DNA of 64,000 nucleotides from Actinomycetes bacterium (GTDB lineage Bacteria; Actinomycetota; Acidimicrobiia; Acidimicrobiales; Bog-793), in assembly GCA_021798275.1 (NCBI GenBank), contig JAJZMK010000093.1, positions 599-64,598 on the forward strand, in the 5' to 3' direction. The notes below the pieces were generated by a model. The model was not told the DNA's origin, made no database searches, and saw only the letters and a list, made by a program, of their open reading frames with translations. Shown piece by piece: positions 1 through 9,917 of this stretch. The position numbers were made by a program, and so were the translations under genes. Position 1 is the first letter of the stretch. Each line of letters opens with the position of its first letter.

Positions 1-351
1 GTCATTGAGTCTTCGGACTCCTTCCTCTCGGCCCAGGAGATCTTTATAATTCTGAGAGGCAAAGGGGAAAATATCGGCCTTACCACCATATATAGCCAGT
101 TGAGAGCGCTTGTTGAGCAAGGGGAATTAGATTCTATTAGATCAGAGGCAGGCGAGACTCTGTACAGGAAGTGTAGCGCCGCCCATCACCATCATTTAAT
201 ATGTAAAGTATGCGGTACCACGATAGAGATCGAGCCTCCGGGTTTTGAGGAATGGGCGGAAAAAGTATCCAAAGAGAACGGTTTTCATAATATAACCCAT
301 GTAATTGAGGTCGTAGGTATCTGTAGTAAGTGCTTTTCAAAAGATAACTGA
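1..351 (+). CDS. Fur-family transcriptional regulator (Zur-like), 5'-truncated by the window edge
   Basis: Frame is open from base 1 (VIESSDSFLSAQEI..IGLTTIYSQL). Contains HHHHLICKVCG and a C-terminal CSKC, typical Fur/Zur metal motifs. Confidence 0.9.
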   Translation, partial: VIESSDSFLSAQEIFIILRGKGENIGLTTIYSQLRALVEQGELDSIRSEAGETLYRKCSAAHHHHLICKVCGTTIEIEPPGFEEWAEKVSKENGFHNITHVIEVVGICSKCFSKDN

Positions 352-631
352 CCGAAAAGTTACCGTGGTTTGTAGATAAAATACTCCCAGACATAGCTTG
401 GTATTGCCGATAGAATCTATCGCTTCTCGGTTGCTATCGACAAAATGTGATTTCGAACAAAACGCTGTTTCTAGGCTTATATGACTATAGGTTGTTAGGG
501 TATTTTTATAAAAAAGTTGCCTCTATAGTCTTTATAAGTTAGGAAAAGATGAGTTCTTTTGTAATCAGGACCTATTCGGTAATTTGGTAATATACTCTAA
601 ATAAACAACTCAATAGATTTTTGGAGAAACT

Positions 632-1507
632 GTGCAAAAGTATAAGAGAAAATTTTCAAAGGTAATGATTTTTGCCGCTTCAGGTCTTTTTATGTCCTCC
701 GGCGCTTTGTATGTCACGCAAGCAGGTGCAGCGACTCCTGCCCCAAAGCATATTGCGGGCAAGTCTTACGTGAGCGAAGCGAAGAAATCCGTCAAAAAGG
801 GAACTACGGAGAAGAAGAAATCAAAATCTTCCAATACACAAAGTATAAGCGAGCTTGCTAAAATTATCAGTCTTACACACAAAAAAGTTAATACTGAAAA
901 GTCGGTAGTGGTAAAAATTGGTGCCAGCTTTGCAATCAATAAAGGTGCAATACTTGAACACAGCGACGGGAATATAGCAACATCCGGCGGTGAATTGCAG
1001 GACTACATAATTGTAAATAAAAAGAAGGGTAATCTGACCCAAATTTTAAGTAACAAAGTTGCTTACTGTAAAGGAAATACACTTGGTTTGGAATATGGTT
1101 GCGGCCTGACTCCCGCCCAGGCCAATAAAGCCAACAACAGGTGGGTAGCGATTCCCGATACCAAGAAGAACAGTTCGCTATACGTGAGCGCAGCCGGAGA
1201 TATGACTATCGGTGCCGCTTTCAAAAGCCTGTTTCCCTCTTCTCTGACCTCTTATCACTTGGGGAAAAATTTAGTTATCAACAAAGTAAATTCTTATGCC
1301 ATTGTGGGTACCGTACCCGGAAGTGTCAGCTCGACTCTTCCGAAGGGTATCAGCGAAGATTTTTATGTGGCTGCCGACGGAACCTATCTCCCGGAGAGAG
1401 TACAGCTGACGACCAAAGGAGTCGGAGAACTGGTCGATTTCTCCGCGTGGGATCACGCTAAAGTACCTGCTGCACCCAAGCAGTCGGTGAACATCAGCAA
1501 ATTGTGA
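632..1507 (+). CDS. Secreted Lys-rich hypothetical protein, possibly LppX/LprG-like fold
   Basis: Basic N-terminus, hydrophobic stretch and AGA signal-peptide-like site. The C-terminal FYVAADGTYLPERV..VDFSAWD pattern resembles LppX/LprAFG-like proteins, but this is weak. Confidence 0.6.
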   Translation: MQKYKRKFSKVMIFAASGLFMSSGALYVTQAGAATPAPKHIAGKSYVSEAKKSVKKGTTEKKKSKSSNTQSISELAKIISLTHKKVNTEKSVVVKIGASFAINKGAILEHSDGNIATSGGELQDYIIVNKKKGNLTQILSNKVAYCKGNTLGLEYGCGLTPAQANKANNRWVAIPDTKKNSSLYVSAAGDMTIGAAFKSLFPSSLTSYHLGKNLVINKVNSYAIVGTVPGSVSSTLPKGISEDFYVAADGTYLPERVQLTTKGVGELVDFSAWDHAKVPAAPKQSVNISKL

Positions 1508-1580
1508 TTGGCAATCAAATAACTTTTCGCTCCGGTCATTGACACCATCGATTCGCCGGAGCGAAACGTTACCTATGAAT

Positions 1581-3524
1581 CTAAGTTATCTTGTCTGTTA
1601 GCAATCTGAGTGATTCGGCTACCGACCAGGCTTGAAAAGGACAGCCGGTGGCCATATGAGCCGGATCTCCTTCGAAGGTCTCTGAAACAGATCCCAACCC
1701 GTATTCAAATATATGGCTTTTCAGTCCGTCCAGAAAGAAATCATCTACTGCACCTAATTTCTTTACAGCGTCTGCATAACCTCCCATCAGATACGGCCAG
1801 ACGGTTCCTTGGTGATATGCCATATCCCGTTGATAGGAGTTGCCCCTATGTCGTCCCAGGTAACGGCTGTCTGACGGTGAAAGAGATCTGAGTCCTTTGG
1901 ATGTAATAAGTGGTGCGACGCTTTGCATAATATGAAACGGGTCTTGTGCGGTGTTGTCGGCGTCAAATAAACCCAAAGCTAAAGCCAACAACTGGTTAGG
2001 CCTACAGCTTGTATCGTTTACAAGTTTTTCCGGCGTTTTGAGTTCTGTCTCGTCGGTATATGAATCCAAGACGTCGTAAAGTCCGGTTCCCGAGGGATTT
2101 GGAAAACGCTTCATAAAACTTCCCAGAGACTGTTGATAAAGGGTTTCATACGGCGGGTTTTTTATCCCGCAAATTCTACTGATTTTAGTGATGATCTCAA
2201 GACCGCTTACCCACAGTGCATTTATTTCTACCGGCTTTCCGGCACGCATGGTAACTGCCGTATTGTTGATCCTGGCATCCATCCATGTAAGAGCCATATT
2301 ATTTGCCCCGCAATTGATCAGACCGTCTTTTTGATCAAGGCCTATGTTGTATTTCGTGCCTCTTATGTAATTGTCCGTTATGCTCATCAAAGCCGGTAGC
2401 GTTTGTGATAGCAGGTCCTTGTCGTTTGTCTTTAGGTAGTGAGCAAAGACAGCCTGGATAAACCACAGAGGGGCATCGGCGCTGTTGTAGAGAGTATCTT
2501 CTGCTATGGCGGTATTTGGTAAAAGTCCATCCTTGATCTCTTGTGACATACGTAAAAGGAGAAGTCGTCCTTCATCAAATCTTTTGGTGGCCAGAAAAAG
2601 TCCCCGGTAACTTATTAAAGTGTCACGCGACCAAGTTCCAAACCAAGGATATCCCGCTATGACGTTTGGCCCGGCAATAATGAATTGATCGGCAGCTCCA
2701 CATAAAAGTGCGGCCGCTCCTTCTTCGATGCCGGCTTGCTTTTGGAGTGACACCCGCCTTTGACGAGCTTTAGCGACTAAATCGTCATCAGATTGGTTGT
2801 TTTTGGTGCCTGCCCAGGCTCTTATATAAGAAGTTTGACCGGGATCTAATTTTATATTAAAAGTACCGCAACAAAAGAGATCTTCTGTCGGCGGTAGCCC
2901 GCGGTCTGCCTCCTGTCTGTAATAAACCCCGTTATACCAGCAAAGTCCCTCTTGTTTGTAACCGGGACCTTTTAGTCTAAAGGAATCCTCAAAGACAAAA
3001 CCGTCCTCATAAGTCTCTACTTTTGGGCTAATCGGGCCGAATCTTTCTTGATCGGCGTTTCGCCAAGTACAAAGCGGTTTTATTTCGAGTTCTAAAGAGT
3101 CCGGAGAATGGGCAAGAAAATATGACACTTGAACAGCAGATTTTTGATAATCCATGGCGACTTCAACGACTATAGAGACCTCTCCGATAGTAAAAGTCCA
3201 TGCCGGGACCCCTTCTTGTATATGGAATTTTTCTAAGTGAAGATAACCTTTGGGGCTTATCGTCCCGTCTTGCCACTCATGGGTGGCCAGTTGAAAAGAG
3301 TTACCATTGATCTTAACCGTTAAATCCAAGCTTGCCAGAGCCAGGTTGCGCAAACTGGCGCGGTCGTTGGCGGTTATGAGTAAGCCATGGTATCTGCGTG
3401 TCCGTAAGCCCGCTACGGTCCCGAAGGAAAACCCCCCCAATCCGTCAGCGCACAGCCATTCCCGGAGAGAAGATTCTTCCAAATTTCCACAAATTTGTCT
3501 TCCAAACACTATTTCGCTTGTCAT
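1581..3524 (-). CDS. Glycogen debranching enzyme / amylo-alpha-1,6-glucosidase (GH133-type)
   Basis: Motifs EWLCADGLGG, TRRYHGLL, AGYPWFGTWSRD, TWMD, YHQGTVWP and GCPFQAWS; AGGAG ribosome-binding site. Confidence 0.9.
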   Translation of the reverse strand: MTSEIVFGRQICGNLEESSLREWLCADGLGGFSFGTVAGLRTRRYHGLLITANDRASLRNLALASLDLTVKINGNSFQLATHEWQDGTISPKGYLHLEKFHIQEGVPAWTFTIGEVSIVVEVAMDYQKSAVQVSYFLAHSPDSLELEIKPLCTWRNADQERFGPISPKVETYEDGFVFEDSFRLKGPGYKQEGLCWYNGVYYRQEADRGLPPTEDLFCCGTFNIKLDPGQTSYIRAWAGTKNNQSDDDLVAKARQRRVSLQKQAGIEEGAAALLCGAADQFIIAGPNVIAGYPWFGTWSRDTLISYRGLFLATKRFDEGRLLLLRMSQEIKDGLLPNTAIAEDTLYNSADAPLWFIQAVFAHYLKTNDKDLLSQTLPALMSITDNYIRGTKYNIGLDQKDGLINCGANNMALTWMDARINNTAVTMRAGKPVEINALWVSGLEIITKISRICGIKNPPYETLYQQSLGSFMKRFPNPSGTGLYDVLDSYTDETELKTPEKLVNDTSCRPNQLLALALGLFDADNTAQDPFHIMQSVAPLITSKGLRSLSPSDSRYLGRHRGNSYQRDMAYHQGTVWPYLMGGYADAVKKLGAVDDFFLDGLKSHIFEYGLGSVSETFEGDPAHMATGCPFQAWSVAESLRLLTDKIT

Positions 3525-3551
3525 GGTCGCTCCTTTTTGTAAGAATGGGGC

Positions 3552-6188
3552 ATGGCCAAAGATACACCTTTAAAAAGTGATAAGCAGGATAAGAATTTGT
3601 TTTCTTCCGCCGAGCATGAGAGACTTGCAACCGATGGTGCTCTTTGGAAAAAGTGGGGTCCTTACCTCTCGGAGCGAGCTTGGGGAACGGTAAGGGAAGA
3701 CTATAGCGCCGGCGGTGAAGCCTGGGAGTACTTCCCCCATGACCACGCAAGGTCCAGGGTATACAGGTGGAACGAAGACGGACTCGGCGGTATTAGTGAC
3801 GATCACCAGTTCCTCTGTTTCGCTTTTGCTTTTTGGAATAAAAAAGACCCTATCATCAAAGAGAGAATTTTCGGTTTGACCGGAAATGAAGGAAATCACG
3901 GTGAAGACGCCAAAGAATATTGGTGGTATTTAGATTCAACCCCCACGCATTCTTATATGCGCTGGCGTTATTTGTATCCGATTGACGCTTTCCCTTATGC
4001 AGACTTGGTGGACACGAACAAAGCTAAGGGTAAACTGGAACCGGAATATGAACTTGTAGATACCCATGTACTAGACAACGGGCGCTATTTCGACATAACA
4101 GCGACATACGCTAAATCATCACCTACGGATTACCGTATCGAGTTGTCTATCACCAACCGGAGTAAAGAGTCTGCAGACATTGACGTAATGCCGACTCTTT
4201 GGTTCAGAAATACTTGGTCATACGGCCGGGATGAACGAAAACCAATTATTTCACGTATGGGAAACTCTTTGAAAGCAACACACGTTTACCTGGGGGATAT
4301 GTATTTATCGGGCGACGGCTCACCCCTTGTTCTCTTTACGGAAAATGAGACCAATTACACAAGACTGTACGACATGAAAGCCGACGGCCCTTTCAAAGAC
4401 GGATTTAATGATTATTTGCTGCACGATTATGACTTAGACCTAAAAGCCACAGAAGGTACCAAAGCGTGTTTTCTCTATCATTTAACAGTTCCACCCGGTG
4501 AAACCGTCAACGTCAAATTGCGGCTGTCTGACAATGAAAGTAGCGGCGTTGCAGATAACTGGACCGCCGTTTGTGAAAAAGCCAAGGAAAACGCTGACGA
4601 GTTTTATGCCGCCGTTACGCCTTCTAATCTGAGTCCGGATGAAAAGATGGTTTTACGCAGAGCGTTTTCCTCCATGCTCTGGTCTAAACAATATTATCAC
4701 TACGACGTAGCGGAATGGCTTGACGGAGACCCAGGTCAGCCTGCCCCGCCCGAGGAAAGGAAACATGGCCGTAATGCAGATTGGAGGCATTTAAATAATA
4801 AAGATATTTTGGCCATGCCGGACAAGTGGGAGTACCCGTGGTTTGCGGCATGGGATCTAGCTTTCCACTGTGCGACTTTGGCTTACATTGATCCCGAGTT
4901 TGCCAAAGAGCAATTGATCTTGCTGTGTCGTGAATGGTATATGCATCCGAATGGACAGCTTCCTGCTTATGAGTGGGCTTTTTCCGATGTCAATCCGCCA
5001 GTTCAAGCATGGGCGGCTTTACAGGTATTTAAAATAGACGGTTCGAAAGACTATTTATTTTTAGAAAAAGTATTTACCAAATTACTTATTAATTTTACAT
5101 GGTGGGTAAATAAGAAAGACGCGGCCGGCAATAATGTCTTTGAGGGCGGCTTTTTGGGTCTTGATAATATCGGTCCGATAGATAGATCCGCCCAATTGCC
5201 CGTGAAGGGTATTCTGGAGCAGTCGGACGGAACTTCTTGGATGGCCATGTACTGTCTCAATATGCTGGAAATAGCATTAGTGTTAGCATTACACGATAAG
5301 GTATATGAAGATTTGGCAATAAAATTTTTTGAGCACTTTGCCTATATAGGAAGTGCAATGTATTCTCAAAATCTATGGGATGAAAAAGACAGTTTCTATT
5401 ATGATCTACTCTGTCTGGACTCAGGAGAAAAAATTCCTTTGCGTGTCAAATCACTGGTCGGGCTGATACCGATGTGCGCTACCTCGACTTTGAGTGAGAT
5501 AGAGGAAATCCGCCAATCTGAATTTGACTATCATATGAAGTGGTTTTTAGAGCGCAAGCCGGAGTTTACCTGCCATATAGTTCACGACGGCTTGACAGAT
5601 GGTGACGGCAGCAAATTGTTTTCTGTTGTTGAACCGGAAAAGCTGAAAAGTCTTTTAAAGATAATGCTTGACGAAAGTGAATTCCTTTCCCCGTATGGAC
5701 TTAGAAGTGTCTCGAGAATCCATAAGGACGACCCTTTTGTATTACAAATAGGTGATTTAGTCGCCAGTGTCGATTATGAACCGGGCGAATCAATCTCCGG
5801 TCTCTTCGGAGGCAATTCCAATTGGCGCGGGCCCATTTGGTTCCCCATTAATTTTTTACTGATAGAGGCACTTAGGCGCTTTCATGACTACCTGGGAGAC
5901 AGTTTTACCGTAGAGTGTCCTACCGGGTCAGGAACTTCTCTACCGCTCGATCAAGTCGCAGATTTCATATCCGACAGGTTGATATCTATTTTCTGTAAAG
6001 ATAAGGATGGGAAAAGACCTGTCTTTGGAGAGTATGAATTATTTAGGGATAAGACTATGGATGACGTGATTTTCTTCCACGAGTATTTCCACGGAGATGA
6101 CGGGCATGGCTTGGGAGCTTCTCACCAAACAGGTTGGACTGGCTTGGTGGCGAACTTGTTAATGGATAAAGGAAAGCGTAAGCGGTAA
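3552..6188 (+). CDS. MGH1-like glycoside hydrolase (GH63 glucosidase family)
   Basis: Motifs WGPYLSERAWGTVREDYS, MPDKWEYPWFAAWDLAFH, NWRGPIWFP, HEYFHGD and GASHQTGWT. Confidence 0.9.
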   Translation: MAKDTPLKSDKQDKNLFSSAEHERLATDGALWKKWGPYLSERAWGTVREDYSAGGEAWEYFPHDHARSRVYRWNEDGLGGISDDHQFLCFAFAFWNKKDPIIKERIFGLTGNEGNHGEDAKEYWWYLDSTPTHSYMRWRYLYPIDAFPYADLVDTNKAKGKLEPEYELVDTHVLDNGRYFDITATYAKSSPTDYRIELSITNRSKESADIDVMPTLWFRNTWSYGRDERKPIISRMGNSLKATHVYLGDMYLSGDGSPLVLFTENETNYTRLYDMKADGPFKDGFNDYLLHDYDLDLKATEGTKACFLYHLTVPPGETVNVKLRLSDNESSGVADNWTAVCEKAKENADEFYAAVTPSNLSPDEKMVLRRAFSSMLWSKQYYHYDVAEWLDGDPGQPAPPEERKHGRNADWRHLNNKDILAMPDKWEYPWFAAWDLAFHCATLAYIDPEFAKEQLILLCREWYMHPNGQLPAYEWAFSDVNPPVQAWAALQVFKIDGSKDYLFLEKVFTKLLINFTWWVNKKDAAGNNVFEGGFLGLDNIGPIDRSAQLPVKGILEQSDGTSWMAMYCLNMLEIALVLALHDKVYEDLAIKFFEHFAYIGSAMYSQNLWDEKDSFYYDLLCLDSGEKIPLRVKSLVGLIPMCATSTLSEIEEIRQSEFDYHMKWFLERKPEFTCHIVHDGLTDGDGSKLFSVVEPEKLKSLLKIMLDESEFLSPYGLRSVSRIHKDDPFVLQIGDLVASVDYEPGESISGLFGGNSNWRGPIWFPINFLLIEALRRFHDYLGDSFTVECPTGSGTSLPLDQVADFISDRLISIFCKDKDGKRPVFGEYELFRDKTMDDVIFFHEYFHGDDGHGLGASHQTGWTGLVANLLMDKGKRKR

Positions 6189-6441
6189 GCAAATCAGTCT
6201 CGTTGGTAGCTGATGGCAGTATCTTTGGAGTCTATTTTATATAATCATCAAGTTCAAGATTTCGAGATGTGATAGTTGCAAAACACCAGGTATGTAGGTT
6301 TTTGAAACCTCGTAAGCTGTTATGTTGAACAACGTAAATAAAAGCCATAAAGACGAAATCACGGTCAGTTTTTGTTTCCTTGATCCACGATTTTGGGTGA
6401 ATCAGCTACCACAGTTGATGTTGGTGCTGAAAAATAATCAG

Positions 6442-6516
6442 TCGGGAAGGGGGGATTCGAACCCCCGACCTCAGCGTCCCGAACGCTGCGCGCTAACCAA
6501 GCTGCGCTACTTCCCG
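6442..6516 (-). tRNA. tRNA-Pro(CGG), CCA not encoded
   Basis: Reverse complement folds as a cloverleaf: CGGGAAG/CTTCCCG acceptor stem, anticodon arm CAGCG-TTCGGGA-CGCTG, GGTTCGAATCC T-arm. Confidence 0.95.
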
Positions 6517-6552
6517 AAATATGTACAACTTATACTATCTTATCATTTAGGT

Positions 6553-7368
6553 CTATAACTTATTTGAAGCCGTATCCGGTGACTCGAGGACAATTTTTGC
6601 AATGCGTCTTTTATCCATTCTGGTAATTTTAAAAGTCCAACCTTCATATCCTAAGATGTCACCTTCTTCAGGGATCTTGCCCAAGATATCAAGCAGGAAA
6701 CCGGCTAGGGTAACGTATTCACCATCCGGTAAGTCTATTTCTAACTCTGAGCGCACTTCATCTATAGCACAGGAACCGTCTACCAAATACCTGGTATTGT
6801 CGATGCGCACTATTTGAGGTGACTTTCCTCTGTCGAATTCATCATGGAGATCTCCTACCAGTTCACTTACCAGGTCATTGATAGTCAAAACACCGGCCAG
6901 GCCACCGTATTCATCTACTACGACGGCAAAACCTCTTTTTCGTAGTCGCATTTCCGCCAATACTTCAAGTGCAGCTCTTGACTCGGGGACTATATATGGT
7001 TCCCTGAGTCTCTTCGTGACGTCTAGGTCTGTCGAAATAAAGTGGCTGTCTTCTGTTCCGCTTTTATCGGCCGCCATGAACTCTTCCAAATGGAAAAGGT
7101 CTTTGGCAAATAGGGTTCCAAGCAAATGATCGAGCTCGCCTTGATAAACGGGAAAGTGGCTGTGACCTGATTTACGCACGGCACTTGCTACGTCGGAAAA
7201 ATGTACCGGTGCAGCCAAAGCCACTATGTCCACCCGCGGTGTCATGAGTTCTTTTACGCTTGAGTTTCGTAGGGAGTCAAGGCCTCGCGTTATCTTTTCT
7301 TCTTGCTCTGATAAAGGGGTAATGTCTGCATTGTTCTCCCGGGAGCGTTTTCGTTGGGGAAATTTCAT
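6553..7368 (-). CDS. CBS-pair/CorC-HlyC domain protein (hemolysin/CorC family)
   Basis: MTPRVDI, GHSHFPVY, VVVDEYGG..G..T.NDL..ELVG and C-terminal TLAGF motifs. Confidence 0.9.
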   Translation of the reverse strand: MKFPQRKRSRENNADITPLSEQEEKITRGLDSLRNSSVKELMTPRVDIVALAAPVHFSDVASAVRKSGHSHFPVYQGELDHLLGTLFAKDLFHLEEFMAADKSGTEDSHFISTDLDVTKRLREPYIVPESRAALEVLAEMRLRKRGFAVVVDEYGGLAGVLTINDLVSELVGDLHDEFDRGKSPQIVRIDNTRYLVDGSCAIDEVRSELEIDLPDGEYVTLAGFLLDILGKIPEEGDILGYEGWTFKITRMDKRRIAKIVLESPDTASNKL

Positions 7369-7574
7369 ATCCCTCTCCGGCCTCTATACTTCTGATTACA
7401 TAACCTAATTTTTACTTTAGTTATCATCAATTGTCGGATAAAGCCCTTCTCATGTCATTTACCAATATTTTGATACCAAAAATAGAATTTTAGGCTTTCT
7501 TTGGTTGCCGCGACCCATAGTTGTGTTTCGAGATCATTGTCCAAACAGTCACCTTGGGGAGAAATGTCGGTTAT

Positions 7575-8006
7575 TTAGATGCTTTCGTTCTGGGCTACCA
7601 TGGTGTCGAAAGGCTTGAAGGAATCATCCTCAAATCTTTCACCGCTCAAAATACTTTCAACAGCGGCACGTATTCTTATGGAATCAAAGGGCTTGACAAT
7701 CCAGCCGTCAGCCCCAGAGCGTCGAGCGAGATGAACGTCAGCTCTGCGGTCTAAGAGAACAAGGACTCCAACAGGTTGTATCCGCCCGTAAGACTCTTCA
7801 AGTTTGACGTCATGGGCAATGGCAACGCCGCCCATATTGCCTATTTGGGCGTCGGCTATAATTAGATCCGGCGGATCCTCGGCCAGTATTTGGCGAAGCT
7901 GTGTTCCATCCGCCATGGTTCCGATTTCATGATTACCGTCGTCTACAACAGATTCCAGTTCATCCAAAACGACTTGGGTATCGCTGATCAACAATATTTT
8001 AGCCAT
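7575..8006 (-). CDS. Single-domain response regulator (atypical receiver)
   Basis: PDLIIAD phosphoacceptor region and GADGWIVKPF; overlaps the stop of the upstream ArsA gene. Confidence 0.8.
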   Translation of the reverse strand: MAKILLISDTQVVLDELESVVDDGNHEIGTMADGTQLRQILAEDPPDLIIADAQIGNMGGVAIAHDVKLEESYGRIQPVGVLVLLDRRADVHLARRSGADGWIVKPFDSIRIRAAVESILSGERFEDDSFKPFDTMVAQNESI

Positions 8007-9309
8007 GGTTTAAAGGTAGCTGTTCTGTCAAGAGCTTGTCGGCAATTATCTCTAAAGCTTTCAGATCATGAACATCTTCTTCAAGAAGGGGGATTCTCAA
8101 TATGTAATCGACGTTCAACGTAGTCGTCAGCTCATCTACCAGACGTTTTTGTTGTCCGGCTACGGCGGCCAGTTCTTTTATATTACGGACTTGGTTATAC
8201 CAGGCAATGGACTTTATATTCTCATCAAAGCCCATCGGAGATAAAGTTGTACTTTTTAGGAAGTGACTATTTGAAGGCTTGGTCAGATCTTCACCTGCTT
8301 GTCGATTGGAACGGTCGTACTCGTGTTCTGTATCCGATGCTATAGGGTATGTAATATGAGATACCGGGTTGTCTTGTATCTCGAAGGCTGTGTGATTGCC
8401 GGAAATAATTTCTTCATATTTTTCATCAAATGCCGGCAGTAATTTGTTGACTACGAGAGCGTCTATTTCATATGATCGTGATTTGAGAGCTCCGGAAAAA
8501 AATTTTGTGTCATGGATAATTTCTTTTTGAGGGGAGGTGATCAGGACAAAAGCGCTTTGATCGCTTTTAAAAAGATGTGTTATGCCGGTGGCTCTTTCTC
8601 TGAATCCTTCCTCCATGCCGTCAAAAGCCCGGAAAAAGGAAATTGCATCTTCGACAATTTCGGCACCGGCGACTTTGGCTATCGTTTTTAGTAGTAATTG
8701 GGTAGCGACGGAAACAGCCCTTACATATCTGTTGTGATTGGTAATCAATCGGAAAATTTTGTTGTCCAGAAATGAGAATAAGTTCTCCGGGGCATCCAGA
8801 AAATCTATGGCATGGCGCGATGGAGGAGTGTCCACTACGATCAAATCGTAGCCGCCGGAGTCATGTAGTTCAAACAGCTTTTCACTGGCCATATATTCCT
8901 GCGTCCCAGACAGCCTGGAGGTCAAGTTGATGTAAAGGTTGTTCTTTTGAATTTCATTTGCCTGGGATGCATCTTTGGCGTATTTTGTGATCAAGTCATC
9001 AAAAGTCGCCCCTGCGTTCAGCATTACGGCATCCAATTTCCCAGACCAGGGACCATTTACCGTCTTCGGCTTATTATCGATATGTCCGATACCAAGAGCG
9101 TCTGCCAAGCGCCGTGCCGGATCTATGGTTATCACGCAAACCCTTAAGCCCTTGGTGGCACCGGCCACGGCTAAGGCTGCTGAGACCGTAGTCTTGCCGA
9201 TGCCACCAGGGCCTAAGCAAATCAATACGGATTTTCGGAGTAATGCGTCACAGGTAAATAAGTCATCTTGCGTGTGTACGCTTTCCTCAAAATGGGCGCC
9301 TATGTTCAT
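7999..9309 (-). CDS. ArsA/Get3-family ATPase (Rv3680-like)
   Basis: GPGGIGKTT Walker A, TIDPARRLA, GTQEYMA and VVDTPP motifs. Confidence 0.9.
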   Translation of the reverse strand: MNIGAHFEESVHTQDDLFTCDALLRKSVLICLGPGGIGKTTVSAALAVAGATKGLRVCVITIDPARRLADALGIGHIDNKPKTVNGPWSGKLDAVMLNAGATFDDLITKYAKDASQANEIQKNNLYINLTSRLSGTQEYMASEKLFELHDSGGYDLIVVDTPPSRHAIDFLDAPENLFSFLDNKIFRLITNHNRYVRAVSVATQLLLKTIAKVAGAEIVEDAISFFRAFDGMEEGFRERATGITHLFKSDQSAFVLITSPQKEIIHDTKFFSGALKSRSYEIDALVVNKLLPAFDEKYEEIISGNHTAFEIQDNPVSHITYPIASDTEHEYDRSNRQAGEDLTKPSNSHFLKSTTLSPMGFDENIKSIAWYNQVRNIKELAAVAGQQKRLVDELTTTLNVDYILRIPLLEEDVHDLKALEIIADKLLTEQLPLNHG

Positions 9310-9917
9310 CTTGGTTTTACACTATTATAAGTATCGTCGGACAGTCGTTCATATTGAAAAATTATCGATATAAGGTAATCTTATCACCGTAAGTTCTGAG
9401 ATCGCTTTCGTAATGTCCTCAGATTAGATTTACGCCATTTCTATCCCGAACGTCTCTTTTAGAGTCCCTACTATCGGACATGTGCTAAAAGTATCGCGGC
9501 TGTTTTCCGAAAGCATCTTGCTTTAGATTATAGGTTATAAAAAGTTTTTACATAGAGATATTAATAAATTGGATTTAAGGCACTTAGTAAATTGTTGATG
9601 ATCGCCGATAACGGATTGATATATAGATGATATGTAAATTATTTTCAGGAACAAAAACCAGCATCAAATATTGTCGTCGCTCTCATCAATGTATCGGGGT
9701 ATATCTACCGTGATGAGTATAGCTAATATTGGTAGAGTTTATGTTGTTGTTTCTGGCAAAAGCTTTTGTAAGTTATTACAATATATAGCAAGCTGAGAGC
9801 ATAAATAACGATTACCTATATATCAGATCGATAACCAATCAGATGTATGGCAATAGATCTAATTTGGCAGACGAAGATAATATAACAAGATATGTCTTAC
9901 GATATTGCTCAGCTATT

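Noticed and set aside
6322..6558. 78-aa + strand ORF
   Set aside because: Runs antisense across tRNA-Pro(CGG); the GRGDSNPRP-type translation is typical of a tRNA shadow ORF.
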